DNA of 64,000 bases from an uncultured Candidatus Saccharibacteria bacterium (GTDB lineage Bacteria; Patescibacteriota; Minisyncoccia; Phycocordibacterales; JABMNX01), in assembly GCA_964575755.1 (NCBI GenBank), contig CAZNRH010000004.1, positions 699 to 64,698 of the forward strand, read 5' to 3'. The position numbers were made by a program, and so were the translations under genes. Under the pieces are notes generated by a model. The model was not told where the DNA came from. It made no database searches and saw nothing but the letters and a program-made list of their open reading frames with translations. This document shows positions 1 to 8,797 of the stretch, in pieces. Each line of letters starts with the position of its first letter. Position 1 is the first letter of the stretch.

Positions 1-1054
1 TGTAGGATACACGAATGAAATTGTCGGTTTGGCCGTTACAGCAATTAACGCAGGAATTACGGTTGTTGAAAAAGGATATGTTGATATATCTAGCAAAACC
101 ACTACAAATCAAAATGAAGTAACAACAGGTGTTGTGTCTGGTACTCAGGAAGATGATGGTAGTAATGTTTTAGGTGGTAGTGATGGAGACACTTTGGTTG
201 GTGATACCAAAGTTGACACATTAGCGCCACAAGACGTGAATTTAGGCTACGAAGGGTTAACGGATGAAGAGAAGGAACGTGGAACCTTCTACACTATAGA
301 AGAGTTTCAAAAACTTGATCTTAATAAAATATTTAATATAGTTGTGCCGCCTGCTGTTGACCGTCCAGCTGGCCCTACACCAATACTTGACTTCAATGCT
401 TTTGAAGCCATTTACGGTCAGACATATACAACTTTGTCGTGGTCAAGTAGAAACACAACGCAATGCTCTGGAACGAATTTTGATACTTTTGACAAGACTT
501 CAGGCTCTGTCGATGCTTCACCAAATACCACAACAACCTATTACGTTACCTGCACTGGTTTCGGCGGTTCAATAACAAAAGGTGTAACAGTTGAAGTTAT
601 AGAACTTCCTCTACCCCCGACTCCACCATCTCTCTTTTTTTATGCGACAACAACAGCTGGAGATTCTTCGGTGCTGTCATGGGAGAGTGTCGATGCAACA
701 ATTTGTAATGGCGTGAACTTCAATACAAGAGGAGAGACATCAGGCTCGGTTGAAGTGTCGCAGGGCACAACGACGACTTATTCTATTGTTTGCACAGGAG
801 AAGGTGGTTCTGTAAGTGAAGAGGTTATAGTGAAGGTATATAGTCCAGAGACGAGCATTGAGGTCGTTTCGCTTGGTGGAGGTACGGTCATTACTTGGGC
901 TACCACTGACGTAGAGAATTGTCTGGTATCAGGAACTGATGGATACTCCTATCAAGTACCAGCAGAGTCAGTTGCTTCGGGCTCTGTGGAAGCTGGTTTC
1001 ACTAATCAAGGGGTAACTTATACCATCTCGTGTGATATTTTAGATGGTAGTTAA
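1..1054 (+). CDS. Repeat-containing secreted or surface protein, 5'-partial (reading frame is open to the window edge)
   Basis: Three tandem ~80-aa repeats sharing 'NTTQCSGTNF..TSGSV....TTTTYYVTCTG.GGS' (Ig-like, Thr/Ser-rich). No stop codon upstream of 29 in this frame. Confidence 0.6.
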   Translation, partial: VGYTNEIVGLAVTAINAGITVVEKGYVDISSKTTTNQNEVTTGVVSGTQEDDGSNVLGGSDGDTLVGDTKVDTLAPQDVNLGYEGLTDEEKERGTFYTIEEFQKLDLNKIFNIVVPPAVDRPAGPTPILDFNAFEAIYGQTYTTLSWSSRNTTQCSGTNFDTFDKTSGSVDASPNTTTTYYVTCTGFGGSITKGVTVEVIELPLPPTPPSLFFYATTTAGDSSVLSWESVDATICNGVNFNTRGETSGSVEVSQGTTTTYSIVCTGEGGSVSEEVIVKVYSPETSIEVVSLGGGTVITWATTDVENCLVSGTDGYSYQVPAESVASGSVEAGFTNQGVTYTISCDILDGS

Positions 1055-1172
1055 AATACTCGCAATTTTACATCGATCTGTTGTTTATAAGAAAAGTGTA
1101 TGGGGAGTCAAATAAGATATAAATATCGACACAGAGTGTTGATATTTTTGTTTTTATATTGGTTGTTATGAC

Positions 1173-1646
1173 TTAAAAGCCGAAGAACTCTAAAGCTTTG
1201 TGGAAAATTGGTTCATGTAGCTCTTCTTCATCAAGTTTTGTTAATAACGTATCCCTTATATCCTCTGGGGCTATTGATTCTGTAAGTGGAATAATAATAT
1301 ATGGAGTCATGAGACGTTCTGACTTAAGTATAAGAGAATGGTGTCCGTGTTCGTCTTCATCTATCCAAAACGCTTCAAGTGTTTTAAAAGGATATAGAGT
1401 ATCGTCAATAGAGACTCCGTGTCTGTTTATCTCAAAATGTGTTAGGTGAGGTTTTTTTGCCGCAAATAGGGCGACTGTAAATGCTGCAATGATAATAAGT
1501 AATGCGAACAGGATATTTTTAAATATGATTGCAGTAACAGCGCTTGAGAGTGCGATTATACCTAGCGCCCAAAACCAGTCGCTACTCTTTTCATTGTGGT
1601 CATACTCGTAACCTTGCCAGCTAATTTTTTCTGTTATTGTGTCCAT
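1173..1646 (-). CDS. Membrane protein with two TM helices followed by a bacterial PH-like (YdbS/YdbT-type) domain
   Basis: 157-aa ORF: hydrophobic helices 'WFWALGIIALSSAVTAIIF' and 'ILFALLIIIAAFTVALFAA', then a soluble domain. Confidence 0.45.
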   Translation of the reverse strand: MDTITEKISWQGYEYDHNEKSSDWFWALGIIALSSAVTAIIFKNILFALLIIIAAFTVALFAAKKPHLTHFEINRHGVSIDDTLYPFKTLEAFWIDEDEHGHHSLILKSERLMTPYIIIPLTESIAPEDIRDTLLTKLDEEELHEPIFHKALEFFGF

Positions 1647-1729
1647 GTGAAGAATGGTTTATTTATATAAAATCCGTAATGTATGCATTTATAATATCAC
1701 GTGTGAGTGCGCGCAAGTACTGCTGTTTT

Positions 1730-1981
1730 TCAATGTCGGTCTCTGGACACGATTCCTTGAGAGGAATCGTCTTTTTTCTTTGAAAAATAGTATATGTAAA
1801 ATATTTCAAGAATACCTACGGTGTTTACTATAAGAAGCGCAATAAACCACCACTTGTCTCTGAGTTGTGCTGACTTCCAAAGGGCAAACCCTTTCCACAT
1901 TGTTGTCCATATAATGATTAATAAGACGGCAAAGAGTAATATAATACCGTGTTCGTTTGCAAATAATTCTAATTTGTTCAT
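1730..1981 (-). CDS. Small 2-TM membrane protein
   Basis: 83-aa ORF with two hydrophobic helices. The start codon sits exactly at the end of the CATCCCGTTAGAG inverted-repeat element. Confidence 0.45.
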   Translation of the reverse strand: MNKLELFANEHGIILLFAVLLIIIWTTMWKGFALWKSAQLRDKWWFIALLIVNTVGILEIFYIYYFSKKKDDSSQGIVSRDRH

Positions 1982-2114
1982 CCCGTTAGAGTTAGGACAC
2001 TGATATAGACAATCTTTGTCCTAAAATTAAACTTTTTGTTAAAAATCGACTTTATTCCCCATATATTGTTTCAGTGTCCGACAGTCGTCCATGAACGACT
2101 TATCTCTAACGGGA
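1981..2114. repeat. MITE-like or leader hairpin element with terminal inverted repeats TCCCGTTAGAG / CTCTAACGGGA
   Basis: 11-bp perfect inverted termini at 1981-1991 and 2104-2114, plus an internal hairpin 'aggacactgatatagacaatctttgtcct'. The same termini occur at 41372-41491. Confidence 0.6.
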
Positions 2115-2151
2115 TTCATATACACAGTATACTACTTCTAAACAAAACTGT

Positions 2152-2212
2152 GGGCTACCTCGTGCTGGAACTGTGGGATTCCTTGCCCTGTAAGATTATT
2201 TCACTCTTTTTT
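2152..2212. repeat. Conserved intergenic motif 'GGGCTACCTCGTG...CTGTAAGrTTATTT' (copy 1 of 3)
   Basis: Near-identical 13-mer also at 2823-2832 and 3478-3490, each downstream of a consecutive minus-strand gene. Confidence 0.55.
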
Positions 2213-2251
2213 TGAATATAAATCGAAGGTTCCTCGTGCAAGAATATAAAA

Positions 2252-2719
2252 TCATAAATCTTTTCTCATCTCTATTCTATAATTATAAAAACCAAATTTT
2301 CTCCAAGCCTTAATCCCTATCTTATTTCTTGCGTCTACGCTAAGCTCAATATGTTTGATTTTTTTCTCTTTAAACCATTCTAGTAGCTCATTGAGTAATT
2401 TTTCTCCAATTTTCTTATACCTATAATCTTCTTTAATAAAGGTATCATCAATATTCCCAATCTTTTCAGGCATAATATATGAAGAGGCCTCTAATACTAC
2501 ACCAACAATACGCCCAATGACCTTTCCGTCACCCTCAGCTACAAGCATTCTTACATTCTTATCTTTTAACTGATCTTTCGTGTATTTATCTAATCCTTTG
2601 TATTTAGAAAAGGGTTTGTAATATTTATCTATCTTGTAATGATAATCTGTTACATCTTCAATTAATTCCATTATTTCGTTTAGATCTTTATTTGTAGCTT
2701 TTCTTATGGTGATTTTCAT
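2252..2719 (-). CDS. GNAT-family N-acetyltransferase
   Basis: 155 aa; acetyl-CoA-binding-type segment 'RMLVAEGDGKVIGRIVGVV' and C-terminal 'GIKAWRKFGF'; AGGA Shine-Dalgarno before the ATG. Confidence 0.7.
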   Translation of the reverse strand: MKITIRKATNKDLNEIMELIEDVTDYHYKIDKYYKPFSKYKGLDKYTKDQLKDKNVRMLVAEGDGKVIGRIVGVVLEASSYIMPEKIGNIDDTFIKEDYRYKKIGEKLLNELLEWFKEKKIKHIELSVDARNKIGIKAWRKFGFYNYRIEMRKDL

Positions 2720-2799
2720 ATCCTAATTCTAACGCAGTTAGCAAATTCGCATAGCAAAGTTGTTTACAAGTTACTTCAAGCACACTAAGAAACTATTTT

Positions 2800-2880
2800 C
2801 CTCGTGCTAGCATGATGTGGCAGGCTACCTCGGGGTTGGAACCATAGTCGGTCAACCTCTGTAAGGTTATTTTACTATTT
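2800..2880. repeat. Conserved intergenic motif (copy 2): 'CAGGCTACCTCGG...CTCTGTAAGGTTATTTTACT'
   Basis: Shares the GGCTACCTCG core and the CTGTAAG-TTATTT tail with copies at 2152 and 3478. Confidence 0.55.
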
Positions 2881-2913
2881 TTTCTAATATAAATTTAAGG
2901 TTTTAACAGCTCT

Positions 2914-3462
2914 TTATTCTTCTTTGAATTTAAGCCTTGGCCACTTCTCAAACCACTCTTTCTTTTTTGCTCTTTCTTTAACTAAATCTAATCCTCCTGG
3001 AAATTTAGGGCTTGGTCTTACAACTAAATTAGTTAAATCATCTATTCCGTGTGGAGCTACAAGAGTTAATTTGCCATTTCTTAACCTGACTCCTATACCA
3101 GTGGCTGTCTCTGGCCATCGAGAAATAGCATCCCTCATTGATTTATAAGGAGGTAAATTATTCCATTTGTGAGCATATACTTCATTGACTATTTCCCAAT
3201 CGAAACCCGTCTGGTTACTAAGTTTTTGTGATAATTTTTTGTCGGTTTTCTGATTGGTTTCTTTGGGGTCATAATAAACCAAATCGATATCATTTGTGTC
3301 AACTTTTAAATTTGAATATCCGTGTAAATAATCCCACACTTTATTTCTTATAAATCCACCGCCTATAACCCAATTAGGAAAATTTAGATCTTCTGCAATT
3401 TGCAAGACTTTCATCATCCACTCATCTTTTTTTATTAAATTTAAAATGTCTTGTTCATTCAT
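2914..3462 (-). CDS. Nucleotidyltransferase-family protein (DUF925 / NTP_transf_6-like)
   Basis: 182 aa with 'GGGFIRNKVWDYLHG...DIDLVYYD', pattern typical of minimal nucleotidyltransferases. Confidence 0.55.
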   Translation of the reverse strand: MNEQDILNLIKKDEWMMKVLQIAEDLNFPNWVIGGGFIRNKVWDYLHGYSNLKVDTNDIDLVYYDPKETNQKTDKKLSQKLSNQTGFDWEIVNEVYAHKWNNLPPYKSMRDAISRWPETATGIGVRLRNGKLTLVAPHGIDDLTNLVVRPSPKFPGGLDLVKERAKKKEWFEKWPRLKFKEE

Positions 3463-3477
3463 GTTTTTATACGTTGC

Positions 3478-3545
3478 GGGCTACCTCGTGTGTTCAGACC
3501 GTGGTCGTTAAGGTCAGCAAGGTTCGTTTCAAGCTTTTTAGAATA
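3478..3545. repeat. Conserved intergenic motif (copy 3): 'GCGGGCTACCTCGTGTG...GTTAAGGTCAGCAAGG'
   Basis: Third copy of the GGGCTACCTCGTG 13-mer. Confidence 0.55.
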
Positions 3546-3615
3546 TCATTTCAACGTACCTTGGGCGCCTTATATTTTTTTAAAAAGTTACAAAAGTGAA
3601 ATTTGGGTTATTAGA

Positions 3616-4410
3616 TTACAATTTCTCAATTCTAACTGCATTAAAGGCTCTTAGGATATCTTCTTTTAAGGTTGGAGTATAATCTTTGGTTTCGTTTCCT
3701 TTATCGTCCGAAAGTGCAGTTCCGTTCCCATATAGAACAACATACGTGTTTTTTCCAAGACTAACAACTGCTATGTATCCTCGTAATGTGATAGTTTCAT
3801 ATTCTGTATGTATATCAGTTGGTATAAGGTTGGTATATTTAATATTAAGAGTTGGATTGGATATGTTTAACAGAATAGCAGCACCTTTCATAAGTCGTCT
3901 ACATAGAGAGTTATTGCTTTTGCTACCAACATCACTATGAGATAGGCCACCAGAGAAATCATAAAGTGTGCCTTGGTATCCGTTGATTTGTATCTGTTTG
4001 GAGGACATAATATTTCCTGTAGGCATTTCTATACATGGATTCGGATCGCCAAAATCATACAACCAATTTTTCTGGTCAGCTACAGCTAGACTGAAATGAT
4101 CTTGGAGCGTAAATTCTCTATTCTCTTTAAATTTTACAAGATACGCTCCTAGCCAAGATTGATATTGTTTTGCATTACGATCGTAACGGGAGGAAACACC
4201 GTTTTTGTCTCTTGCCCCCATAGTCCAATGGTTGACTCCCCAAGTCCTAATGCCATGTTTAGCCCAAGAAGGTCCCATATTGAATCTAACTAACCCATTG
4301 ATCCAAGTGTTAGGGATGTTTGTAAATTCAACACGATATCCAATCTTTCTCTCGAGTAGTCGAATATACCAAGAATACATATAACCAATGAATTGTAGAA
4401 TGTTTTTCAT
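3616..4410 (-). CDS. Hypothetical protein; likely start is the internal ATG (MKNILQF...)
   Basis: The long ORF begins at a TTG. The conserved upstream block 'TTTGCTATaCaAATTT..TGCGTTAGAA' that is shared with the GNAT gene sits immediately before the internal ATG at 4410. Confidence 0.5.
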   Translation of the reverse strand: MKNILQFIGYMYSWYIRLLERKIGYRVEFTNIPNTWINGLVRFNMGPSWAKHGIRTWGVNHWTMGARDKNGVSSRYDRNAKQYQSWLGAYLVKFKENREFTLQDHFSLAVADQKNWLYDFGDPNPCIEMPTGNIMSSKQIQINGYQGTLYDFSGGLSHSDVGSKSNNSLCRRLMKGAAILLNISNPTLNIKYTNLIPTDIHTEYETITLRGYIAVVSLGKNTYVVLYGNGTALSDDKGNETKDYTPTLKEDILRAFNAVRIEKL

Positions 4411-4496
4411 ACTTTCTAACGCAACCACTAAATTTGTATAGCAAATTACCTGCAAGCTACTTCAAGCGCCTGAGACCTCATGCCAGCTCTAAGATG

Positions 4497-4580
4497 CGGA
4501 GGAGGTGGGACTCGAACCCACAAGCGGTTTCCCGCGCCTGTTTTCAAGACAGGTCCGTTACCAATTCCGGGCACTCCTCC
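4497..4580 (-). tRNA. tRNA-Ser (anticodon TGA)
   Basis: Cloverleaf read by hand: acceptor GGAGGAG/CTCCTCC, anticodon loop CTTGAAA, long variable arm, T-arm TGGGTTCGAGTCCCA, discriminator G, no encoded CCA. Confidence 0.85.
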
Positions 4581-4608
4581 TTGTCTAGACATGTATCCTA
4601 CCATTAAA

Positions 4609-5085
4609 TCAGCTATTTTTTAAGTGATGTTCCTCTGAGTGACAATTTGGACAAAGTAGTTTTAGGTTTTTCAATTCGTTATTTTCTTTGTTTCTATCTA
4701 TATGATGTACCTCTAATATTTTAGATATATCATAAGTGCACACCTCACATGTTCCACCTCTTTGGTGTAGTAGCCTTATTTTTAAACTCCTTATGTTTTT
4801 GACCTTATCTCTAGGTCTATTGATTTTGTATTTGATGCCTGTTCTGTGTATGTTTGCACATTTCCTACTACATGTTTTTTTATTTGCGCTAGCAAGAATT
4901 AATGTTCTGCAAACGGTACAAGGTTTTTCTTTCCTACAAGAAATTCCATAACAAACTTGTCCACAGAATACTCTACCCCCATTCCTTTCGATCTCAGCAG
5001 GTCTTTTGTATACGGGTTTACTGCAAATTAAGCATTTTGTATTGGGATTTCTTTTATACTCAGTCACTAACCCAGTATACCACAA
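4609..5085 (-). CDS. HNH endonuclease with N-terminal Cys-rich zinc-finger region
   Basis: C-terminal 'VHHIDRNKENNELKNLKLLCPNCH'. Paralog of 13658-14131. Lies next to tRNA-Ser. Confidence 0.8.
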   Translation of the reverse strand: MWYTGLVTEYKRNPNTKCLICSKPVYKRPAEIERNGGRVFCGQVCYGISCRKEKPCTVCRTLILASANKKTCSRKCANIHRTGIKYKINRPRDKVKNIRSLKIRLLHQRGGTCEVCTYDISKILEVHHIDRNKENNELKNLKLLCPNCHSEEHHLKNS

Positions 5086-5122
5086 AAACGTTTCGTGTAA
5101 GTATGTGTTAGGATATAAAAAT

Positions 5123-5539
5123 ATGAAAATTTTAGGAATTGATTATGGAACAAAAAGAGTTGGTATCGCTATTTCTGACGACACGGCTTCTCTTGCGTTC
5201 CCTAAAGCGATATTGAGCAACTCACATACTCTTTTAGATGAAATAAAGTCTATTATTGATAGTAATAAAGTAGAAGAAATTGTTATTGGGCAGTCACTTA
5301 ATACAGAAGGAGAAGAAAATCTGCTAATGGAAGATATTAAAAGGTTTATGACTCACTTAGATGGAAAAGTTAATCTTCCTATGCATCTTGAACCAGAATT
5401 CTTTACTTCAACTGAAGCACATAAGGGTGTAAAGGGTGGGGAGGTAAATCCTCACATGATAGATGCTGCAGCGGCAGCGCTTATACTTCAAAGGTATCTT
5501 GACAGAAGAAATAATAGTAAAAAGCAGGAAGAAAAATAA
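5123..5539 (+). CDS. ruvX: Holliday-junction resolvase-like RuvX/YqgF
   Basis: 'MKILGIDYGTKRVGIAISD' N-terminal signature. Internal ATG at 5123 chosen over the ORF-track start at 5006. Confidence 0.85.
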   Translation: MKILGIDYGTKRVGIAISDDTASLAFPKAILSNSHTLLDEIKSIIDSNKVEEIVIGQSLNTEGEENLLMEDIKRFMTHLDGKVNLPMHLEPEFFTSTEAHKGVKGGEVNPHMIDAAAAALILQRYLDRRNNSKKQEEK

Positions 5540-5564
5540 TAAGTAAAAGGTATAATACATACAT

Positions 5565-5891
5565 ATGATTTCATTTGATGAGTTTAAAAATGTTGAGGTT
5601 AAGATAGGAGAGGTAAAGTCTGCAGAGCGTGTCGAGAATACTGATAAACTAATACGGCTCATGGTTGACGTGGGCGAGGAGGAGGATAGACAGATAGTCT
5701 CTGGTATAGCGCTTTACACTGAAGCAGATGCTCTTGTAGGAAGGAAGTTTCCATTTGTTGTAAATCTTGAGCCACGTGTTATTTGTGGTCTAGAAAGTAA
5801 TGGCATGATTCTAGCCGTCTCATCTAGTGACGGAGAGTTTTCTTTTTTAGAGCCTACATCAGATATTTCTGCTGGAAGTAGTATTGGATAA
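5565..5891 (+). CDS. Stand-alone tRNA-binding (Myf/EMAP-like, CsaA-type) domain protein
   Basis: 'VEVKIGEVKSAERVENTDKLIRLMVDVGE...QIVSGIA' matches the MetRS C-terminal / CsaA tRNA-binding domain. Confidence 0.75.
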   Translation: MISFDEFKNVEVKIGEVKSAERVENTDKLIRLMVDVGEEEDRQIVSGIALYTEADALVGRKFPFVVNLEPRVICGLESNGMILAVSSSDGEFSFLEPTSDISAGSSIG

Positions 5892-5905
5892 TATATAATC
5901 GATAT

Positions 5906-6517
5906 ATGTTGGTAAGTATTATAGAAAAAATAACAACACTACAAACACGTAGTACAGAGTGGTTTAAGGAAAGGGCACATGGTGCCTATGCTAAAGCATG
6001 GTTATTTTTCTTGTCATTTACTGAGTCTTCATTCTTGTTTATTCCGCCAGACATATTACTCGTCGCCATTTTACTGGCTGGTTCTCGTCAGTGGTTTCAC
6101 TATGCAACACTTACTACGATAGCGTCTGTACTCGGTGCTGTATTTGGTTATGCTGTGGCAGTGTTTTTCTTTGATACCGTGGGTATTAAGATAATACACT
6201 TCTATAACCTCGAAGTAGTCATGGATTCAGTACGGCTATTGTTTAACAACAATGCATTTTTAGTTATCTTCACAGCTGCATTTACTCCAATTCCATACAA
6301 AGTGTTTGTTCTCGCCGCTGGATTCCTTAAGGTTAACTTCTTTGCATTCCTTGTGGCTTCTATTATTGGCAGAGGGATGCGTTATTTTGTGATTTCATAC
6401 ACAGTCCATATGTTTGGTAAGCGTGCAGTGACACTTCTTTCTAGATACTCGGTTGCGGTTACATTAAGTGTTGTCATTCTCATTTCTATTTTTATAATAA
6501 AGGGTATATTTTTCTAA
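5906..6517 (+). CDS. DedA/YqaA-family (SNARE-associated) membrane protein
   Basis: Multi-TM protein with 'FLFIPPDILLVAILLAG' and the following Gly-rich helix, typical of DedA. Confidence 0.6.
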   Translation: MLVSIIEKITTLQTRSTEWFKERAHGAYAKAWLFFLSFTESSFLFIPPDILLVAILLAGSRQWFHYATLTTIASVLGAVFGYAVAVFFFDTVGIKIIHFYNLEVVMDSVRLLFNNNAFLVIFTAAFTPIPYKVFVLAAGFLKVNFFAFLVASIIGRGMRYFVISYTVHMFGKRAVTLLSRYSVAVTLSVVILISIFIIKGIFF

Positions 6518-6613
6518 AAAACGTAAATTCATAATAGTTTATCCGTTCTTAAGATACATCATTACTACATCTGGCAGTAATGTCAGCGTACAGTTATACT
6601 AGTAGTACATACA

Positions 6614-7705
6614 ATGAAAAAACAAATGTCAGAGGAGACAATAATGGAAAGATTTTCTAATTTCTTTCCGCCACCTGAGTTTATAAATCTTAAGGCTACT
6701 GGTGTTGATATATCAGACAATTCTGTAAAAGTTTTAGGATTTAAAAATACACAAAAAGGAAGTATTCCTGTTTTTTTTGAGGAAAACAAAATATCTGACG
6801 GAATAGTAAGCCAAGGAGGTATTGAAGATCAAGAATCTTTAATTAAAATTCTGAATGGTTTACGTATAAAGTACAATATGGAATTTGTTAGGGTGTCTTT
6901 GCCAGAAGAAAAAGCTTATTTATTTCAGACCACTGTTCCAAACCCTAATGATAAGAAGCAAATCTTAAATAGTGTAGAGTTTCAACTAGAGGAACATGTA
7001 CCTATTCCAACAGAAGAATCTGTATTTGATTTTGATATTATCAAGAAAAAACATGACGTTATCGATGTCAGTGTGACAGTTTTTCCTATAACAGTGATTG
7101 CTAATTACCAAAAAGTATTTAAATCGGCGGGACTTATTCCAGCGTCGTTTGTTATAGAGGGGCAAGCGATAGCTAATGCTGTTATCGCAAGCGGTGATAC
7201 ACAGACATATATGATAGTTGATTTTGGTAGGGCTAGAAGCGGAATATCGATTGTTAAAAATGGTATTGTAAGTTACACATCAACGGTAGAAGTTGGAGGA
7301 AATAAATTAACAGAGGCTATTATGAAACATTTTAAGGTCGACGATGTTGAGGCACAAAAAATAAAGAATAAAAAAGAATTTATCAACAACAAAGAAAACA
7401 AAGAACTTTACAGCTCACTCACAACCACAATCTCTGCTCTTAAAGATGAAATAAATCGCCACTTTACATTCTGGAACTCTAAAGATGCAAATCAAAAGAA
7501 AGAAGATAAAATAAGTAAAATAATTTTATGTGGCGGTAATGCTTCGTTGTCTGGGTTGTCAGAATTTTTGTCTGTGAATATTAAGGTGCCTGTTGAAAGA
7601 GCACGTGTGTGGCAAAATGCTTTTTCTTATAATGATTATATACCTGGGTTGAGTTACGAGGAGTCGTTGTCATACGCGACAGTTATCGGTCTTGCTTTAG
7701 CATAA
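6614..7705 (+). CDS. pilM: Type IV pilus assembly protein PilM (actin-like ATPase fold)
   Basis: 363 aa with 'GVDISDNSVKVL' at the N-terminus and 'ILCGGNASLSGLSEFL' at the C-terminus; followed by PilN/PilO-like genes. Confidence 0.75.
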   Translation: MKKQMSEETIMERFSNFFPPPEFINLKATGVDISDNSVKVLGFKNTQKGSIPVFFEENKISDGIVSQGGIEDQESLIKILNGLRIKYNMEFVRVSLPEEKAYLFQTTVPNPNDKKQILNSVEFQLEEHVPIPTEESVFDFDIIKKKHDVIDVSVTVFPITVIANYQKVFKSAGLIPASFVIEGQAIANAVIASGDTQTYMIVDFGRARSGISIVKNGIVSYTSTVEVGGNKLTEAIMKHFKVDDVEAQKIKNKKEFINNKENKELYSSLTTTISALKDEINRHFTFWNSKDANQKKEDKISKIILCGGNASLSGLSEFLSVNIKVPVERARVWQNAFSYNDYIPGLSYEESLSYATVIGLALA

Positions 7706-7707
7706 TT

Positions 7708-8247
7708 ATGGCTAATTTATTACCTCAAAAAGAAAGAAAGTCATTCGAATGGGAATATAGATCCAGGTTAGTTGTCATAATACTATTATTCTTTATAGTC
7801 ACATTTGTGATTGGTGTAGTATTTTTACTGCCTTCGTATTTTATCTCTCAATCAAAAAATGAGTCTATTGCACGACAGTTTGAATTATTAGAAAAAGCAA
7901 TAGAATTACGAGAGGAAGACGTTTCAGTTAAATCCTTACTAGCTGTAAAACAAAAAATTAATGAGTTGACTATTGTTAATGGACAGGTTCCTCAGACTAA
8001 AATATTGCAGGTGATTATAGACAGTATGGATAGTCATGTCACAGTAAACGCGTTTTTTTATATACAAAGTAAAGACAAAAACAGTGAGATGAGAATCACA
8101 GGCACGGCAGAATCTCGCACAGCCCTCCTTTCATTTTCTGATAGATTAAAAAAAGAGGAATTGTTTGAGCTGGTCGATTTCCCAGTATCAAGCTTGGCTC
8201 GAGATTCGGATATTGTATTCTCTATAATCTTGAGTGGAAATTTTTAA
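7708..8247 (+). CDS. pilN: PilN-like pilus assembly protein
   Basis: Single N-terminal TM helix plus coiled coil; start overlaps the pilM stop. Confidence 0.6.
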   Translation: MANLLPQKERKSFEWEYRSRLVVIILLFFIVTFVIGVVFLLPSYFISQSKNESIARQFELLEKAIELREEDVSVKSLLAVKQKINELTIVNGQVPQTKILQVIIDSMDSHVTVNAFFYIQSKDKNSEMRITGTAESRTALLSFSDRLKKEELFELVDFPVSSLARDSDIVFSIILSGNF

Positions 8248-8797
8248 TGATATGGTTACTATGAAATTATCAAAAACACAGATAAAAATTATTACAGCGG
8301 CTTTTATAGCTGCAATGTTTTTGGGTGTTTACGGTTCTTTTTTTATAACTATCAAAAATAAAAATAACCACATATCAGAACTTAAAAACCAGGTTGACAT
8401 AGAGGTAAGAAAAGACCATCGCCTGTATTCGGTTAAATCATTGTTAACTGACTTAAATAAAGAAATTAAGCAAATTGATACATATCTTGTGGCTGATGAT
8501 GGTGTGGTGGATTTCTTAGAAGATCTAGAAAATTTAGGTTCAATAGCTGATGTTTCTGTTAGCGTTAATTCAGTGAGTGTAGACAAAAAAACAACAGAAA
8601 TGCTTCCGTTTGAACTTTTGAAAGTTGAGTTTGTAACTCGCGGAAAATGGCGTTCTGTGGTTCAGCTTATGTCTTTATTAGAAACATCTTCGCTCGGAAT
8701 AATTATCAATAGAGTACATCTTGAGAAACTTTCGAGTTCGGAATCTTGGCAAAGTAATATTAGTTTTACTGTTTTAAAATCAAAAGTAATAGAGTAA
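8234..8797 (+). CDS. pilO: PilO-like pilus assembly protein
   Basis: N-terminal TM helix plus coiled coil; overlaps pilN, i.e. operon arrangement. Confidence 0.55.
   Translation: MEIFNDMVTMKLSKTQIKIITAAFIAAMFLGVYGSFFITIKNKNNHISELKNQVDIEVRKDHRLYSVKSLLTDLNKEIKQIDTYLVADDGVVDFLEDLENLGSIADVSVSVNSVSVDKKTTEMLPFELLKVEFVTRGKWRSVVQLMSLLETSSLGIIINRVHLEKLSSSESWQSNISFTVLKSKVIE

Noticed and set aside
342-575. Short ORFs in alternative frames or on the opposite strand inside well-supported genes. Examples: 342-575, 1198-1449, 2924-3148, 10217-10486, 11995-12354, 17296-17604, 26400-26780, 32822-33472, 40877-41167, 50881-51198, 54131-54418, 60431-60823, 62006-62377.
   Set aside because: They lie entirely inside longer ORFs with clear protein-family signatures, have no ribosome-binding sites and give low-complexity or compositionally odd translations. 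They are treated as frame-shadow artefacts.
1982-3620. Considered calling the GGGCTACCTCGTG-containing spacers integron attC sites
   Set aside because: No integron integrase or attI nearby, and I could not find the canonical RYYYAAC...GTTRRRY core pair. Kept as a 'cassette-like' observation only.
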